From contig NC_047066.1 in NCBI RefSeq assembly GCF_902459465.1, positions 6,634,001 through 6,698,000 on the forward strand: a stretch of 64,000 bases of DNA, in the 5' to 3' direction. The stretch comes from Asterias rubens (taxonomy: Eukaryota). The position numbers were made by a program, and so were the translations under genes. Positions 60,783-64,000 of this stretch are shown here, piece by piece (position 1 is the stretch's first letter; every line of letters starts with the position of its first letter). The notes below the pieces were generated by a model. The model was given only the letters and a program-made list of their open reading frames with translations. It made no database searches and was not told where the DNA came from.

Positions 60783-61087
60783 TTTCGGTGTAAATAGACT
60801 AAACTATCAGAGATACAAATTTGGTAAAAAGGATGGTTTAATAACCGAAAAAACACGTAAATGTTGGAAGTATGCGACTCGTCCGCGACCACAACCGGCG
60901 AAAAAGTTCAGAGAATTTAGAAAGGTCAAGTTGCACGATCAGCTTGCCGGTGTCACCGCGCAGTCGCAACAGCGATTTCAGTACCCACAACGCACCACAG
61001 CGGAAGTACAGATTCTCCTTGGCAACTCATAACGCGGAAGTACGAAAAGAAAAGCAGAAAGCAGACGACAAAAGTTAGAGCAACAGG
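60783..61087. promoter_or_regulatory. Putative bidirectional promoter of MDH2 and STYXL1, with the putative non-coding STYXL1 exon 1 ending at 61087
   Basis: CpG-richer segment directly upstream of the MDH2 ATG. Two ETS/GABP-type CGGAAGT motifs (61001, 61035). A strong plus-strand donor cagg|gtgagt at 61088 could splice to the acceptor at 61929-61930, just before the STYXL1 ATG. Confidence 0.6.
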
Positions 61088-61934
61088 GTGAGTTTTTGTC
61101 TTGGGATTGCTCTTCTTCCCCTTTCTCTTGAGTGCAACTTCCGGAAATTTATTTTGTAACTATGGCCATGTATGTGCTGATGTGGAGAAAGGAGGAAGTA
61201 ATACAAATAAATAATAAAGAGACAAGTCATGGATATAATTTTAACATGAATTGATGATTGATGTTTATTTTCAGACCTGCCTTTCCATTCCTTTTTTAAT
61301 ATCATGGTTTTTGTTTTTGTTTAACTATAATGTTTAACTTAATAATGTTTAACTTATAGGTAAAATTTCCAACAGTCAGTATCATCGATTATCATGTTGT
61401 TATTGATACGCATCATAAAATGAATGATCATTTACTTTGCCCGCCTTGTTCGACAGCCCAAGGCAAGAAGTTGTTGGGGCTGTTGTTTTGTTATGTTAGT
61501 TAGGCCTTTAGCATGTTTAGGCTATGCATAGGGCCTACTAACTAAATACCATGCTTACTGTGTACTTACTAGTGTCATGTTCGTTATTTATGGGGATTTA
61601 TAGCTCTCTTTTACTAGTTTTATTTTAACATCGGTCATCTAAATAAGCTGCAATCATAGGCGCCAATAAATGTATGATAAGACCGATTGATGTATAAAAA
61701 TAGCCATAATCATCATTCCCCTGGCAGAGGAAACATCTAACGATTGCCCCACCCTTTCCTTTGTTTAAAGGAGTACAGTACAGCGCCCAAGTTGCATGGG
61801 TCTTATGCAGGTTGGACTCTTCTAATACTCATCATATTTTTCATAAATTAATATTGTTACAAATGTCCTTCATTTTCTCCAAGTCCAGTGTGTCTGTCAT
61901 TTAGTGAAAAGCTCCCGAATACATTGTCAGCAAC

Positions 61935-63048
61935 ATGGCTGCGCGCATTGTGATGTGTGAACCGACAGAACTGTATAACATCCTCCAGCAGGCCACATCA
62001 TATCCGTGTCTCAGTGATCCTAACTACCTGCTATTGCTCGGTAAGTTGGTCCAATCAGTAGTTATTTGTGACGCGGGCCTGGAACTACTTGCACGGAGGC
62101 CACAGAGGCCCTTGAGGCCTTGGCCTCTGTTGCCCCTGGTCTTGGCCTTTGTGCGCATTCAAAAGTTTCCAATAAACTTTAAGATTTTCCAGGGCAAGCG
62201 CCCTTTGCAAATTAAAGTTGGCCTTGCCTTCTCAGAGATGAAATTCCAAGCCTGGTGACATACATTTGAAGTTGGTATAACTCTTAGACCAACAAATTCT
62301 CTGCCAAAAAGTCTACTCAATTGGGGGAAGCTTGACTGTGTGCAATTATTGGTCCACTTCAAATGCAACAAAGACACCAAATGAACAACAGATAAATACT
62401 GAGCAACTCTTTGCAGATCTTGTATTTGACATACTCAAGCACTTGTACTCATTAACTCATTATTGACACAGCTATTGTTAATTGGTAGATAAATAACATT
62501 GAGATAACTGCTACATAAGTGGTTTTTAACCGTTTGTTTATAAAGTGGACCCGAAAAAATGTGTACCAATGGTTTTGGCTGTGCACTGCACACCCTATGC
62601 GTTTTTCATATTTTTTATTAATGTTTATGTTTTGTCGACAGATGCCAGGCAAACAAATGAATACAATGAGAGCCATATCATCACAGCAAAGAAAGCTCCA
62701 AGGGTAATTCCTTCCCCCTTATTTATCTATCAATGTATGATACATCCATCAACTGCTTATTGTAACCATGGAGCTTTTTATAGCTTTTGTCAGACTTCTC
62801 CATAATGTTCTTTGCTTTGCCGTCCTTGTCCGGTCACCCCAGCCATCTTCACGAATATGTCCCTCCATGCTCTTGATTTGAATCTTTTTAATTATTATCA
62901 TTTCCTTATTTTTTATGCCATGACAAATCTTGTTTTTTCCACTTGCAGTCTCCTTCAGGTGAATTTCTTGTACCGTATGATGGTGAACTGGAGTGCAAGA
63001 TGCATGTTGTAGTGCTGGACAGCAAGGCACACAGTTTAAAAGATCAAG
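61935..63048 (+). CDS. STYXL1: Serine/threonine/tyrosine-interacting-like protein 1 (MK-STYX), N-terminal rhodanese/CH2 region; partial, gene continues beyond the window
   Basis: Exons 61935-62040, 62642-62703 and 62949-63048 are in phase: [56 protein letters not shown]... This matches the recalled STYXL1 N-terminus ([10 protein letters not shown]...DPNYL...ESHVITA). Confidence 0.9.
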
Positions 63049-63665
63049 GTAGGGAACATGACTTATATATTAACCTATTAGTCGCCACATCCCAATTTCA
63101 GTAAAGTCTTCTGTCAATAGTTATTTGGATATATTCTTATCTTCCAGTATGCGCTAATCCACCAATCAGATGCTCGAACTGGAGGGTGGTTTAAAAAGCT
63201 ATAACCTACTCCTAGTTTTTATATTGCACTCTGCATATTGTGAGTGTCAATGCCTCAGGTTCCACATACCGACAGTGCAAAAATTACATTCTAAACTTTG
63301 CGCGTGCATGCTGTTAGTCGCGAAATAATGTTTGGGACACAGAAGCGCTATATTTTTCTGTATTTCACTCGCGCTTGTGTTATAACTTATAATCACTCTT
63401 GTTAGAGCCAAACAAGAAGAAAGAAGACAATAAATAAATTTCAGTGTGAGATGTGGTAGAGAAACCCCAGAGATTTAATTCCAGGGAAACCCACACAGTC
63501 AATCATAGTGGCCCCCGGTGGGAATAAAACCAGGGTTCCAGAGGTGGAAGGCGAGGCAAGACACGACTATACCAACCTGACCACCCCTTACCACTTGCCA
63601 AAATAGATAGGATGGTAAGAGTCTTGTCATGCAGTGTCCATGCTCACTGTGTACAGTAATATTAA

Positions 63666-64000
63666 AGGAACACGATGCCCTGGATCGGTCGAGTTGGTCT
63701 TTGAAAAGCATTTGTAACCATTTGTTATAAAATACATATGATTAGAAAGATATTTTAAAAGTAGAATCAAATGATCCCCAAAAGTATCACTCGAAATTGC
63801 GTTGTTTTCCTTTTACCTCGTCGACAAACACGGTCGGCCATATGGTCGACCGTGTTAGTTCGCAAAGTAAAAGGAAAACCACGCAATTTCGAGGCAAATG
63901 TGTGTGGATCATTGTATTCTACTTTTAAAACATCTTTCTAACCATATACATTTTATAACAAACGGTTATAAACGCTTTTCAAAGACCAACTCGGTCGATC
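63666..64000. mobile_element. Palindromic TTAA-type element, cut by the window edge
   Basis: ttaa|aggaacacgatgccctggatcggtcgagttggtc... and the mirror arm ...gaccaactcggtcgatc at the end. Same family as 3527-4011. Confidence 0.85.

Noticed and set aside
62041-62258. C-terminal part of the 107-aa ORF at 61935
   Set aside because: Intron read-through past the gtaagt donor at 62041. The STYXL1-like sequence resumes at 62642.

Overview
Eukaryotic nuclear DNA from an invertebrate animal. The organism is most likely an echinoderm such as a sea star; this is inferred from gene content, AT-rich introns and the repeat families, and is not proven. I reconstructed the genes exon by exon from splice sites and reading phase. 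In order: (1) the first coding exon (>1.7 kb, minus strand) of an unidentified low-complexity, probably nuclear protein that runs off the left edge and is missing from the ORF track; (2) merlin/NF2 (minus, 15 coding exons, 590 aa, one GC-AG intron); (3) major vault protein MVP (minus, 14 coding exons, 859 aa); (4) a two-exon, signal-peptide-bearing tocopherol-cyclase-like gene (minus, 379 aa); (5) a secreted modular protease, 5xLDLa-TSP1-trypsin (plus, 11 exons, 567 aa), divergent from gene 4; (6) mitochondrial malate dehydrogenase MDH2 (minus, 8 exons, 341 aa); (7) the 5' part of STYXL1/MK-STYX (plus), head-to-head with MDH2 as in human. Introns hold many non-autonomous DNA transposons with TTAA, CWG, 8-bp or 9-bp target duplications, plus tRNA-derived SINEs. 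There is a 287-N gap and an 842-bp apparently perfect tandem duplication. The most notable items are the secreted animal tocopherol-cyclase homologue, a local duplication that gives MVP a second splice acceptor plus an upstream ORF, and the conserved MDH2-STYXL1 bidirectional pair.
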